DNA of 63,724 bases, the filler included, from Trichomonas gallinae (lineage: Eukaryota): the NCBI GenBank assembly GCA_008369845.1. It is 6 parts of 6 records of this genome, joined end to end, with 100 filler letters (N's around TTAATTAATTAA, not from the genome) between each part and the next. Parts side by side here need not be neighbours in the genome. Positions count along the whole stretch, not along the records: positions 37,353 to 54,957 come from MRSU01000892.1; 5 more parts are not named here. One strand, written 5' to 3'. This document shows, in pieces, positions 43,681 to 54,431 of this stretch (its first letter is position 1; each line of letters starts with the position of its first letter). The notes below the pieces were generated by a model that saw only the letters and a program-made list of their open reading frames with translations, searched no databases and had not been told where the DNA came from. The position numbers were made by a program, and so were the translations under genes.

Positions 43681-44214
43681 ATGGAGCACACGCCCCTTCA
43701 AATGAATCGGGCTTTGTATGCCAAGCTCGCCCCGTACTTCGTGAACTGCTCCATCTCCAATCAGCGGCAGAGGTCTATATTCAAGGACTTCAAATATACA
43801 ATCAATCTTGTTTGCTCAGCTCATACAAAACCACCACTATTTTTGTATATAGTTGGGCTTGTTGTATTTTCAGACAGAGTATTCGCAATAAATTTAAGGA
43901 AAGCAGCGAATCTTTTTCAATATTCGAAGACAAGTATAAGAAATTTCATGAACAAGCGCAGATATCAGCGTTTAGGATTCGATAGTAGCGAAATACCAAT
44001 AAATTTTACTGAAATTCCTCATTATAGAAAATGGGCAATTTTTAAAATTCCAGAAGATGATATTCTTTCATTATTATTTCGAGAGAATCAATCAATATAC
44101 GTTAAAGAAATTAAAGATGCCGTTGATAATGCTAAAAACGATTTTCCTTCTTTAGCTACAGCAATGATGCGAACAGCTGAAACGGATACATACCGCGAGA
44201 ATAGAAATATTTAG
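43681..44214 (+). CDS. Initiator-binding domain (IBD, IBP39-like) winged-helix protein
   Basis: VGLVVFSDRVFAINLRK...SKTSIRNFM...Y...RKWAIF fits the parabasalid IBD pattern (G......iavN...SKSSiN...GY...RqW). Confidence 0.72.
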   Translation: MEHTPLQMNRALYAKLAPYFVNCSISNQRQRSIFKDFKYTINLVCSAHTKPPLFLYIVGLVVFSDRVFAINLRKAANLFQYSKTSIRNFMNKRRYQRLGFDSSEIPINFTEIPHYRKWAIFKIPEDDILSLLFRENQSIYVKEIKDAVDNAKNDFPSLATAMMRTAETDTYRENRNI

Positions 44215-44580
44215 ATTTATTTGTTGTTTTTTGTTTTTAATAAAGTAATTTATAGAGATAGATTAATTGTTCAATGCTTTACAAACATGAAATATATTAT
44301 AACACAAAAATATTTATATTTCCTTGTTATTTTTTTGTTGATTGGAAATTATTTATTGAAAACAAAAATAATTTTTAATAGATGATCTAAATTGATGATA
44401 GCATCAATATGTGTCGAATATAATAAAGATTTCATAACTGATTTGAACAAACATGAAAAATTTAATCAAACAAAAATATTAAAGATAATAGTAAAATAAT
44501 TCTAATATTTTCAACTATTTGCTGATATGTATTCATAAACAATAGTTTTTCTAGGATATTGTTAATTAAAAAAAAATTAA

Positions 44581-45906
44581 TTAAAATGATTCTGTTAAAA
44601 GATGTTCAAGGACAGCGAGACTTTGACTTTTGCATCCATCAGTCAAAAGATCATCAAGGAGTTCAATGAATTCGCTATCATAAAAATATTTGAGAATTCC
44701 ATTAATCTTGTCATGATCTGCTTTCGAATAAAGGCTTAGTGCAGCAACAGCGAATTCCTCTATTTGTTCACTATCTAAGCTCTCTAACACGCTAAAAATT
44801 GCCTCCAAAATCTCGTTGATAGAGAAAAAATCTATGGCGAAAGGTGTCAGCATCAAAGCAGAGAATGCCATGGCACTTTTGATCTTCACATCAGAGAAAC
44901 CATTATGTAGAAGTTCTATTAGATATCCTGGCACATTGCTTTCGAGGACTGTTTGAACGACAGCTTCACCGCAGCAGAAGAAATTCCCGCATAATTCACA
45001 CAAAGACTGCAAAAATTCATTGTCTCTGTTTGCGATTGTTAAATAATTCAATATTCCCAGTGCCAGCATTTGCACGACAATTCTCTCATCGCGGACAGAT
45101 GACAGACTTATGAATATATCTAATGTCGTTGATTGAACGAACGGCGAAAATTTTATGGACAAAAAATTCATCAAATAAGGAAACAAATTTTGTTGGAAAA
45201 TTAAACTCGCTAAAAAATCAGGAAACTTGCTTGCAAATTTCGACAAACTTAATATAGAGCATTGAAGTATATCTGTGTATTGTGATTTCGTGAAATACAA
45301 GAGTTTTTCGAAACATTCTTTCATCAAATTTTGCTCGTTAATTAAATCGCAAGTAATCATTGATGTAATCATTTTTATAATTAGTTTCGTGATGCTCATT
45401 ATTGGTAATATAGAGAACTCGTCGAATGGAACTGTGTCGCACTCCAAGTAAACTGATAACTGGAAGGGAAAGTCAAAAACAGGCGTCGGAATTTCTTTGA
45501 TTTTTTCATTTTCGATTGTCGAAATATAAAAATTTAAAAGAAGAATAACAGGATCTGGACATGATTTGCTGATGCATATTAATTTTTCTGTGAGATTTTT
45601 TGATATTTGCGCATCTAACATCGAATTTAATATTTGATCATCTTCATTTGTTAAGTATATCATAACTTGTATAAGCTTTTTCATATATATTGATGGAAAA
45701 TTTTCGATTAATGCTAGAAAGTTGTTGTATGCTTCATCTGTTAGTTCAAATTTTAAATAAAAATCGATTAAATGATCGAAATGTTCGTTTTGTGTTTCAT
45801 CTTTGAATAATTCGGATGCTATTTCACCTCGTAGTTTACTTTGCGGCATGTTTTCTTGATTTTTTGTTAAATTTATAAAATATTCAGCATCATCCTTATA
45901 ATCCAT
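44581..45906 (-). CDS. Armadillo/HEAT-repeat protein (importin-alpha-like fold)
   Basis: Repeated helical units such as LCGNFFCCGEAVVQTVLESNVPGYLIELL...VKIKSAMAF. Confidence 0.65.
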   Translation of the reverse strand: MDYKDDAEYFINLTKNQENMPQSKLRGEIASELFKDETQNEHFDHLIDFYLKFELTDEAYNNFLALIENFPSIYMKKLIQVMIYLTNEDDQILNSMLDAQISKNLTEKLICISKSCPDPVILLLNFYISTIENEKIKEIPTPVFDFPFQLSVYLECDTVPFDEFSILPIMSITKLIIKMITSMITCDLINEQNLMKECFEKLLYFTKSQYTDILQCSILSLSKFASKFPDFLASLIFQQNLFPYLMNFLSIKFSPFVQSTTLDIFISLSSVRDERIVVQMLALGILNYLTIANRDNEFLQSLCELCGNFFCCGEAVVQTVLESNVPGYLIELLHNGFSDVKIKSAMAFSALMLTPFAIDFFSINEILEAIFSVLESLDSEQIEEFAVAALSLYSKADHDKINGILKYFYDSEFIELLDDLLTDGCKSQSLAVLEHLLTESF

Positions 45907-46298
45907 TGTCACATTTATTAAAAGTGACAAATTTACCAAAAAACAAAAACATTAAAATCTCTAGAAATTAATCGACATACTACAAAAATCATTCGAAAAT
46001 CACATAAATTTTATCGAAATTCATCATTACATCGCTTAATTTAAGAAATTAAAAGCAATTTTTATTTTCAAAAAATAATTATTCCATTTTGACTCATTTT
46101 TGAAATAAAATCTATGCAAAATTCGGTTACAATTATTTAATTCTTTACAAAAATTATTATATTATCGCTCAAAATAAAATCTCAATAAAATTTTTCGCGT
46201 TTAAATTCATGATTTCATATAAATTCGTAATGCTACAGATGTAAATGTGAGAAATACTTTATTAACAAAACAAACAAAGAAAAAGAAAACAAATCAAA

Positions 46299-46871
46299 TT
46301 ATTTTTTTGCGATGAGTTCGCGTCTTCTCTCTAATTTTGCTATTTGAGAGAGCTTTGGTTTTTGTTTCTGTATGAAAAGTTTCTTTTCTTTGCCCATTTC
46401 TAGTTTTTCTTTCGAAATTTCAGTTCCAATCTCAGATAAGTGTTGTTGTTTGTAATTAATCTTCTGTTCTAGCTTCTTGATTTGTTCTTTTAAGTCTGCT
46501 GACTGATCAATCAAAATTCCTTCTTTTGTGTATTGAGCAGTTTGTGTAACATCGCGAATTTTGCGTATTGATGATGAAAGTGACTCAATTAAGTCCAAAA
46601 CTTTTTGAGATTCCGATTGTGTAAACCATTCACTTGGATATGATAAGTTTTCACGTCCTTCTGAGTTTAAATGGGCATTTACTATCCTCCATAAGCGTTT
46701 TAACTCAGAATCTCCAAGAATTTTGTTTTTTGGATCGTAAATATATTCTAAATCTGCGTCTTTTACTTCACCGACAATTGTGCAAATTGTTTTTCGCTTT
46801 ATATAAGTCCTTGGCTTGGATATTTTCACTTCTTGCTGTGTTGGTTGAACAGAAACTCTTCTAATTGTCAT
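46299..46871 (-). CDS. Hypothetical protein with C-terminal coiled coil
   Basis: 190-aa ORF with TCATT Inr before the ATG. Confidence 0.65.
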   Translation of the reverse strand: MTIRRVSVQPTQQEVKISKPRTYIKRKTICTIVGEVKDADLEYIYDPKNKILGDSELKRLWRIVNAHLNSEGRENLSYPSEWFTQSESQKVLDLIESLSSSIRKIRDVTQTAQYTKEGILIDQSADLKEQIKKLEQKINYKQQHLSEIGTEISKEKLEMGKEKKLFIQKQKPKLSQIAKLERRRELIAKK

Positions 46872-47394
46872 TTTAATGAAAAAAAAAAAAAAATGTACGT
46901 TTAGAAAACAAAAATTTCAAAAATCAGATGATTTCTTTATGTTTCCATTCTATTGGTCAACGCCTTATATTCTAATAATGGTGGTGAAAGATCTTACCTT
47001 ATGAATTATGATCAAACTGAATTACTTAAGGCTTCATTAAAACTCCAACTCTATTCGTAATGAAACCAATTATATAGCAATACTTTATTTAGAACAACAA
47101 TTTCCAGATCACTTATGTATGTATCTAATACTATTCCAATATTCAAATGTTTCAAGATTTGAAAAGACATGAAAATTCAAAATTTGCAAATATTTGCTTT
47201 TATGAGAAATTTCTTGATTATATGAACGACATAAAAATGCGCATACATTAAACTTCTTTAGTGTTATCCCAGCAAAATTCGCACATAGAAGTTGGCACTA
47301 TAGATTCAGAGCAAAAAAAAATCATTATCTGATTATTGCGATCGAAAAAAAAAAAAACTAAAGTTTTAAATAAATGAACAGTTTTATTTTAGTT

Positions 47395-49797
47395 TTATTT
47401 GTAGTCGTAATCGCTCTGAAGGAGAGGTTTTTCAGCTGCCAGTTTCTTCCTCTTCGAAGCGAACATGAAAATAGCAAGGAATGTTGCGAAAGCTCCAACA
47501 AAAGCGCTGCCCATAATAATGGCCGGCTTGTTCTGTTTAGACTCAGGTGTCGGCGTCGGCTTCGGGGTCATTGACACTGTTGGCTGTGGGGATGCAGTCG
47601 GAGGAGGTATTGGTGTAGGAGTGAGAACGCCAGGAGGAATTGGACAGTAGTTGTTGAGCGGCAAAATCCACTTCTCTGGCTCGCTGTCCCACAGACTTAA
47701 TATTGAAATGGGCTGAAGCATCGTCAAACAGTCATTCATGTCGTGATGCCACGAAGGGACAACACTCAACAGACACCTGGGGCAGTGAGTGCCATTGTAG
47801 TGTATGTTGATGCTCGATCGCATGTTTGCGTCGTGCCTGAAAATTACTTCATCTGTGTCTGTATTTAGTAAGGTAACTCTAGCTCTTTGCGCGTAGGATC
47901 CGTCCAGCCAATACGGCATCTGCATGGAAGGAACTATCTCAATATCTACCTCGCAGTACGTTTTATCGTTTGGATTATCGAATTTTGATTGAATAACTTC
48001 GTATCTTTCCGGTTTTAGAATGATTAAGTCTTGTTTTGTGTTGGCCACCTTTATGTCTGTATCTGTCCAGACGCCAGTTTCCATGTCTTCGAGGATTAAT
48101 TTCAAATCACTTTGATCCTTGAAGAAACATGGAATGTGGAGGTCAATTGTCGATGGAATTGATATAGTGTCGACAACTGGCCAGCGCTGCATCTTGTCTG
48201 GTGTTGAAATGTAAAAATTCGCTTTTGTTGTGTTAGCAGAAGAAACATTGACTGTTAAGTCATTCAAGCAGGAAATCTCTGAACTACCGATTTCTATTGT
48301 AGCTTCTCTCATTGGAGTAAGCTCTGAGTATGGATTAAATCCATTTCTCGTAGGAGTTGTTGTAACGCTTGGAATTGTTGTCATTCCGAATGCATTCAGT
48401 AAGACTGAGTGTATCATTGACTCCTTTCCGATAGAATCTGAGACAACATGCAAAATCCATTTTCCATTCGCTCTCTCGCCGAAGAATCCGCGAATTGTGT
48501 ATACCAATGTAATAGAGTGTGTCGAATCATCTGATATCGACGTAGCTTTGAAGAACATCGTTGTTCCTTGTGGAGATGTTAATTTCATTCTGAGAAGAGA
48601 AGCGTCTCTGACAGTAACATTGACATGGATCTGCACATATTCCGTGAAAATGATGTTTGACGACAAAGGAATCTCAATATCAAGAGCTCCATGGTGCATT
48701 GTTGGAATTTGCTTGTCTGCTTCTAAACTAGCCGATGATTTTGTTTGAGATGGCAAGTTTCGCCATGTCTTGCAGAGCTGAGACAACGAATTGGCTGAAA
48801 TTGTGCCAAATCCGTAAAAATGAGAATAATGGTAATCTGCGGCATTTGTGACCCAGCTGTGGTGTGCAGGGTTGTTCTTCACTGCTGTGATGGCAATGAG
48901 ATACTGCACATCGCGCCAAGTGAGTCTTGGCTGTTGTTCTAACATTAATGCGACAATTCCAGCGACATAACCTGCTCCTGAGCCAACAGGATCAGTACTT
49001 TCGTTGCATGAATCAGCCCTTTCGCTGGATAAGCCTGGAGCTGATGGATAAAGAATGGAATCGAAAGATGATGATCCGCCAACAGGAACATTTGCCATAA
49101 TTGACGTTCCGCGGTTAGACCATGACGAGTGGGCGTTGCGGTGAGTGAGATCTGATATAACAATAACGCGTGGATCTCTGTTTAATGGGAAAAAGTTTGT
49201 ATCTCCGCCACGAAAAGCATCAGCACCGGCAGGAGCAACGAAATTCACATTAGAGTTTGCATTAGTAAGAATTCTGTTTAATTCTTCATCGAATTCTTCA
49301 TGGCGACAGACTTTTTTACATTTTTCAACTGTGCCAAGTAATTTCACACGGAAATAGTCGTTACCGCGCTTCAGTGAGTCGAGGATGTTTTCGCGAGTCT
49401 TGTTTTCGTTGTCGATGTTGATGCAAGAGAATTTTGTTTTCGGAGCAACGCCAATTGTACAGATATCGTTATTTTCAGCGGCAACAACTGCAGCCAAGTT
49501 TGTTCCTTGCTTCGTTTGGTTATGTTTTGGGTCTTTTTCCCAAGTATAATAATTCCAAGAATGTTCTAAATTGAAATTTGCTTTAAGATCGTTGTGTTCG
49601 TAGAAGCAGCCGTCTGAAATAATTGCAACAGGAGCTTTTCCGCCAAAAATTCCGTCATTCCAAAAATTGCCCGGCGAAATATCATTTTTAGCGATGCCAT
49701 GGAACTGCCCGGTGTTATTCAGGGGAAACTGCATTTTGTATAATGGATCGGTTGGAACGAATAACGAATATGTATGGATAAAAAAGGAAAAAATCAT
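47395..49797 (-). CDS. Kexin/furin-like S8 subtilase homolog with P domain and TM, predicted inactive
   Basis: GVAP, ALMLE..P.LTWRDVQYL, SHFYGFG, P-domain LTSPQGT...FFGERANGKWILHV, Pro/Thr stalk and TM; catalytic positions altered. Confidence 0.9.
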   Translation of the reverse strand: MIFSFFIHTYSLFVPTDPLYKMQFPLNNTGQFHGIAKNDISPGNFWNDGIFGGKAPVAIISDGCFYEHNDLKANFNLEHSWNYYTWEKDPKHNQTKQGTNLAAVVAAENNDICTIGVAPKTKFSCINIDNENKTRENILDSLKRGNDYFRVKLLGTVEKCKKVCRHEEFDEELNRILTNANSNVNFVAPAGADAFRGGDTNFFPLNRDPRVIVISDLTHRNAHSSWSNRGTSIMANVPVGGSSSFDSILYPSAPGLSSERADSCNESTDPVGSGAGYVAGIVALMLEQQPRLTWRDVQYLIAITAVKNNPAHHSWVTNAADYHYSHFYGFGTISANSLSQLCKTWRNLPSQTKSSASLEADKQIPTMHHGALDIEIPLSSNIIFTEYVQIHVNVTVRDASLLRMKLTSPQGTTMFFKATSISDDSTHSITLVYTIRGFFGERANGKWILHVVSDSIGKESMIHSVLLNAFGMTTIPSVTTTPTRNGFNPYSELTPMREATIEIGSSEISCLNDLTVNVSSANTTKANFYISTPDKMQRWPVVDTISIPSTIDLHIPCFFKDQSDLKLILEDMETGVWTDTDIKVANTKQDLIILKPERYEVIQSKFDNPNDKTYCEVDIEIVPSMQMPYWLDGSYAQRARVTLLNTDTDEVIFRHDANMRSSINIHYNGTHCPRCLLSVVPSWHHDMNDCLTMLQPISILSLWDSEPEKWILPLNNYCPIPPGVLTPTPIPPPTASPQPTVSMTPKPTPTPESKQNKPAIIMGSAFVGAFATFLAIFMFASKRKKLAAEKPLLQSDYDYK

Positions 49798-49833
49798 TAA
49801 AATGATATCGTAAACCTTTCAAAATTGTCAATT

Positions 49834-50378
49834 TGTCATGTAAAATTATTGTTTTTGGAATAATCCTGATTTACATGGCAAAATTTTCTTTTTTCATTCT
49901 ATTATAGATCAATGTGATGATTGTTGAAATTATAATGTTCATACTATGGATCTATACGAGCATATTAGTTGGGTGTGGAATTATAATATAGACAAATGAC
50001 TACAATTTTGTTCATATATAACTATAATGTCATGTAAACTTATCGTTTTGGAATAAATCTGTTTTACATGGCAAAATTTTCTTTTTTTCATTTTATTATA
50101 AATCAATATCATGTTAGTGGAGAACATGATATTCATAGTATGGATGTATATGAACATGGTAGTTGAGTATGGAATCATAATATGTATAAATGTAGCTTCA
50201 ATTTTGCTCATTTTACTTTAATGTCATGTAAACTTATCGTTTTGGAATAATTCTTTTTTTACATGGCAAAATTTTTCATTCAATGATAAAATCATATTGG
50301 AATTATATGAGCATGTTGGCTAAGAATAGAATCATTACATGTACAAATGTTGCTCCAATTTTGATCATATTACTAAAT
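49834..50378. repeat. Triple tandem repeat of a 194-bp unit (third copy internally deleted)
   Basis: Units start at 49834, 50028 and 50222, each beginning TGTCATGTAAA...TTTTGGAATAA...TTTACATGGCAAAATTT. Confidence 0.9.
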
Positions 50379-50548
50379 AATAATCAATATTAAACATTAA
50401 AAAGCAATATCTGAACAATCTACTTATCATTATATGATACGATATTTATAGTCATTGTTTTGATTGAATATTATCATATATAGTGCAATTTGTATATTGA
50501 AATGAAAAATAGTTATGAACAATGCTTGGTGTTTTGTAGTTAGTATTG

Positions 50549-51562
50549 CTATGAATGATGAACAAAGTTTTTGTCGACTTCTTCGATGAATTCGGAATTA
50601 TCATTGCATTGACGAATTATTTGATCAAATATTTGCGTACATGTCTCGCATTCTTCTTTGGAGTCGAATACTATATTGGGATTATTATAATCAAAGGTTT
50701 CAATTTTTGATGAATTTGTATCAATCATGAATGTTTGTTCTTTTCTTGATAATGCTACTGCATTCGAGAACTCTGATCGAAAAGTGCCAACAAACACATT
50801 ACAATTAATTAAATCAAAGAAATTTTCGTTATTTTGTAGTTTAACTTGTGATTTCGGAAAGATTCGTTTGATTTGCTTCATATCTTTAGCATTATTAGTC
50901 GTAATCAAGATATTTTTTGCTTGTTGGTCATTGTAGTTCAAAATATTTAAATTATTTCGGAATATTTCAAGTATTCTTGTAGTATTCGAAATATATTTTG
51001 CTCTTTTCGTCTGAAATACAGTGACATCAATTCCTAAATCGTATGAAATTCTATTGTTTGTTTGATTTTTAATCAAAAATTGTCGTGCAATAGTATGAGC
51101 GGCATGATATCCATATAATGATATTAACTTTGGCGCAAAATGTCTATTTGCGTATAATGTAGCAAGATCAATGTAGTTTCTAATCAAAATATCTTTTGTT
51201 GAATTTTTCGTAAAATATTCTAATGATTTGCACGATAATTCTTTATCCACTCTTAGTCTTGAAAACTTTTGTTCGTATGAATAATTGAGTTTAAATGAAT
51301 TTATATCGAAAAAATCAATTGGCTGAGGAGAATCAACTGGATACTTTAAAAATTCTACTCTAAATGGCATATTTAATACTTGTGCAATACAAATTCCGAA
51401 TAGTAAATGGTGAAATTGCTGTTCAATCTTAATCCAACGAATTGAAATTATCACAGATGATGATTGAGAACTTGAAACATCAATAATATTACTATTTTTT
51501 GTGTTTAAATTGCTGATTGAAGAAAATGATTGAGACAATAACAAAGCAATCATCAAAATCAT
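50549..51562 (-). CDS. Divergent fucosyltransferase-superfamily (GT-B) protein
   Basis: Signal/anchor; ILITTNN (motif II) and DLINCNVFVGTFRSEFSNAVAL (motif III); motif I degenerate. Confidence 0.55.
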   Translation of the reverse strand: MILMIALLLSQSFSSISNLNTKNSNIIDVSSSQSSSVIISIRWIKIEQQFHHLLFGICIAQVLNMPFRVEFLKYPVDSPQPIDFFDINSFKLNYSYEQKFSRLRVDKELSCKSLEYFTKNSTKDILIRNYIDLATLYANRHFAPKLISLYGYHAAHTIARQFLIKNQTNNRISYDLGIDVTVFQTKRAKYISNTTRILEIFRNNLNILNYNDQQAKNILITTNNAKDMKQIKRIFPKSQVKLQNNENFFDLINCNVFVGTFRSEFSNAVALSRKEQTFMIDTNSSKIETFDYNNPNIVFDSKEECETCTQIFDQIIRQCNDNSEFIEEVDKNFVHHS

Positions 51563-52196
51563 TTTGCAATCATCATTTGTGAAAAAAATTAACTGAAATT
51601 CGCCAGCCACATTGTCTGTCTCCTATACTACTATCATTTTACTGTATTGTTTTGACCAAACCTGTTGACAAAATGGCAAATGATGTCATATGCCAATTTT
51701 TTGGTGTTTTAAAAAGAATAAATTAATTAAAAAAAACTTCATTTTGTGATATATAATAATGATTAAATAAATTTAAATAATTCAAAATATTTGATAATTA
51801 TAATTATAATCAACAATACAGCTTATTCTCTGATTATCGAAGAATTCATCGAATTGATTATAAAGTTTTCTATTTTTTGTATGTAAATCATATCTTTTAA
51901 TTTAATAAAACATATATATTTTCTGAGTATATTAGAAAAATGTATCAAATTTATACCTAAATTAAAATTATATTTCCTTCAAAATATTATTTTGTTCAAT
52001 ATTCAATCACATGTTATAAAATAAATAGATTAGCTTATTGACATGAGTATTGTGAAGAAATCTGTAGTAGTTGTCTGTAACTTTCGAATAACGTTGAATC
52101 GATTTATAAATTTAAAATTTAATTTAAAATCTTTAGAGAGAAGTTCTAAGCATATATTATATGGTAATGCTCAAGAAAACGAATATGCTAGAGACT

Positions 52197-52688
52197 TTAC
52201 TTTCCAGGAATATTCATCTTGATACCGAAACGCTTATCCTGGGCGTTCTCTTCTGCAAGACGAGAGAGAGCAATATCTGTCTGAGTCTCGAAAATCAAGC
52301 CTCCGTTAATAAGAGAATCGAGAACTTGTAAAGCCTTGTCTGGATTGAAAGCTAACTGGACTTCTGAAACATCTTTGAAGCAGCCGTTGAGAACTTCAAC
52401 AAATGTATGGATAATATCCAACATTGCAAGAGGATTTTCACATTCGTCGACCACTGTGATAACAAATAAAGAGGCGTAGGCGCGATAAACTATAGAAACC
52501 TTGCGCTGAAATTCGTAGCTTGTAATTCCGTCGCCTGGTAAGATATTGCAAAGATTTGATGATCTTGTAGAAACCATTCTGAAAACTTCATGAGCAAGGC
52601 GGTTTCTTGTCTCCTGGCTCATTTCTACGTATGCACGGGCAAGGCGAATGTCGCCATTCTCGTTGATAACGAAAAAGCCGTAGATCAT
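52197..52688 (-). CDS. Adaptor complex small chain, AP-3 sigma-like
   Basis: MIYGFFVINENGDIRL, VSTRSSNLCN, VYRAYASLF, EN.LAMLDIIHTFVEVL..CF..VSE and GGLIFET; AAAGTGAC upstream (52708-52715). Confidence 0.88.
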   Translation of the reverse strand: MIYGFFVINENGDIRLARAYVEMSQETRNRLAHEVFRMVSTRSSNLCNILPGDGITSYEFQRKVSIVYRAYASLFVITVVDECENPLAMLDIIHTFVEVLNGCFKDVSEVQLAFNPDKALQVLDSLINGGLIFETQTDIALSRLAEENAQDKRFGIKMNIPGK

Positions 52689-53366
52689 TTTTTTTGTCGA
52701 ATGCTTTGTCACTTTTTTGGCAATTTGATCCATTCATAAGAAAATGCGAAATTTCTCATATTCAGGCTTTTTAATTATAACACAGCCTATTTCACATCAA
52801 AAAGGCGCTTTTCGATTTTTACATCGATTTCAGCGAAATTAATTTTTATTACATCTATTTTCATTATTATATTTTATTATATAGCTACTACATATTCTAT
52901 ATCATAAGTATTTTTAAATTATTTTAATTATTTATTATTTTTCATAAATTTACTCTTATATAACTTAATTAACTAATTCATCCATCTAAAATTATTACAT
53001 TAATGATTGCAAGCATTACAATCGATTTAAAGATTGGTCAATAAGATTCAAAAATATCTCAATGATATGATATAATTTTATTTATAAACTTAAGCTATTT
53101 ATCGACAAATTTGAACATTGCATTATACCAAATACTTTAATCTATTATATATTTTTTTGATATAAAATTAATTAAAGGATTTATCTATATTTAAAGAGGT
53201 AGATTCAATGAATAGTTTTAGCTAAATCTAATAAAAGCTGTTACATTAACAATAGACTTGTTTAATCATGAGAATTTAGAGAATTTTGAATTTTAAATTT
53301 TTGTCATTGTAAATTTTTATTTGTCAAATATATTCGAGATGGTGTAATCCCCTTTTATTTAGATAA

Positions 53367-54431
53367 ATGAAGGGGGTTCTTGAACCTGAACCCCAGGGCA
53401 ATGTTACGCTGGAAGAAGGCTCACTAGTGTGCGGCTACATTGTCGGCCCCAAGATTGGTCAAGGCGCTTTTGGCGAAATCTATTGCGCTATTGATCAAAA
53501 TACGGGAATTCTGTGGGCATTGAAGACAGAGTCATCATCAGCAAATAAAAAGGTTCTACCTTACGAATATCAAGTCTTAGACAAAGTTCAAGAGTCCCCA
53601 CACTTCCCTAGAGTTGGAATGTTGGGAACTGGACCAGAATGTTCATTTATTTCAATGGAACTTCTCGGTCCTTCAATCTCACATCTCATAAAATCGATTC
53701 CAGGACATAAACTATCGTTTTCTACAGGAATTCGAGCTTCATATCATATGCTTCGCTGTTTGGAAGCTTTACATATGTATGGATACGTACATAGGGATGT
53801 TAAGCCAGGAAACATCCTTACGCGCGAAGGTACTGATCATCCGCTGTGTTTGATAGATTTCGGCCTAGCAAGGCAATACGTCAATCCTGAGACTGGCATG
53901 CATCTCCTGCAGAGGCCACCGTCTGGTTTCCGTGGTACTCGTGCTTACGCGAGCCTTCACGCTCATCGTGGCGAAGATTTATCGAGAAGGGATGATATTA
54001 TCAGCTGGTTCTACTCATGCTACGAATTTCTTACTGGAACTCTTCCTTGGAAGAAGTCTAGCGATAACAATGCCGCTCAAGAAATGAAAGAAAAATTTGA
54101 TCCGACAGAAGGACTGCAAAGCATAGCCCCGGAGATGCTAAAGGTGTGGAAACACATACTTACGCTTGAGTTCATGGATATGCCGAACTATGGACTTTGT
54201 TATCGAGTAATGGCTGATATTTGTAAAAGAAATTCGATTAAACTCAACGATCCGTTTGATTGGGCGCCATATCTTCATGCACACAGGCAAAAAGTCGCTC
54301 AATCACTAAAAAGTTTCGGCGATCATATTCTCGGGCCAGTACATGAATATATTGTTAAAGCATCAAACGAGCAAGAAGCCCGCAACCTTGATGACATGGA
54401 TACAACTCAAGATCAATGTTATATTTGTTAA
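53367..54431 (+). CDS. Casein kinase 1 / TTBK-like protein kinase
   Basis: IGQGAFGEIY, ALKTE, MELLGPS, HRDVKPGN, DFGLA, GTRAYAS and SRRDD. Confidence 0.95.
   Translation: MKGVLEPEPQGNVTLEEGSLVCGYIVGPKIGQGAFGEIYCAIDQNTGILWALKTESSSANKKVLPYEYQVLDKVQESPHFPRVGMLGTGPECSFISMELLGPSISHLIKSIPGHKLSFSTGIRASYHMLRCLEALHMYGYVHRDVKPGNILTREGTDHPLCLIDFGLARQYVNPETGMHLLQRPPSGFRGTRAYASLHAHRGEDLSRRDDIISWFYSCYEFLTGTLPWKKSSDNNAAQEMKEKFDPTEGLQSIAPEMLKVWKHILTLEFMDMPNYGLCYRVMADICKRNSIKLNDPFDWAPYLHAHRQKVAQSLKSFGDHILGPVHEYIVKASNEQEARNLDDMDTTQDQCYIC

Noticed and set aside
3390..52688. Apparent clustering of trafficking genes (Erv46, SNAP, VAMP7, SGT, VPS9, AP-3 sigma)
   Set aside because: Spread over several joined contigs, and these families are strongly expanded in trichomonads, so chance is sufficient
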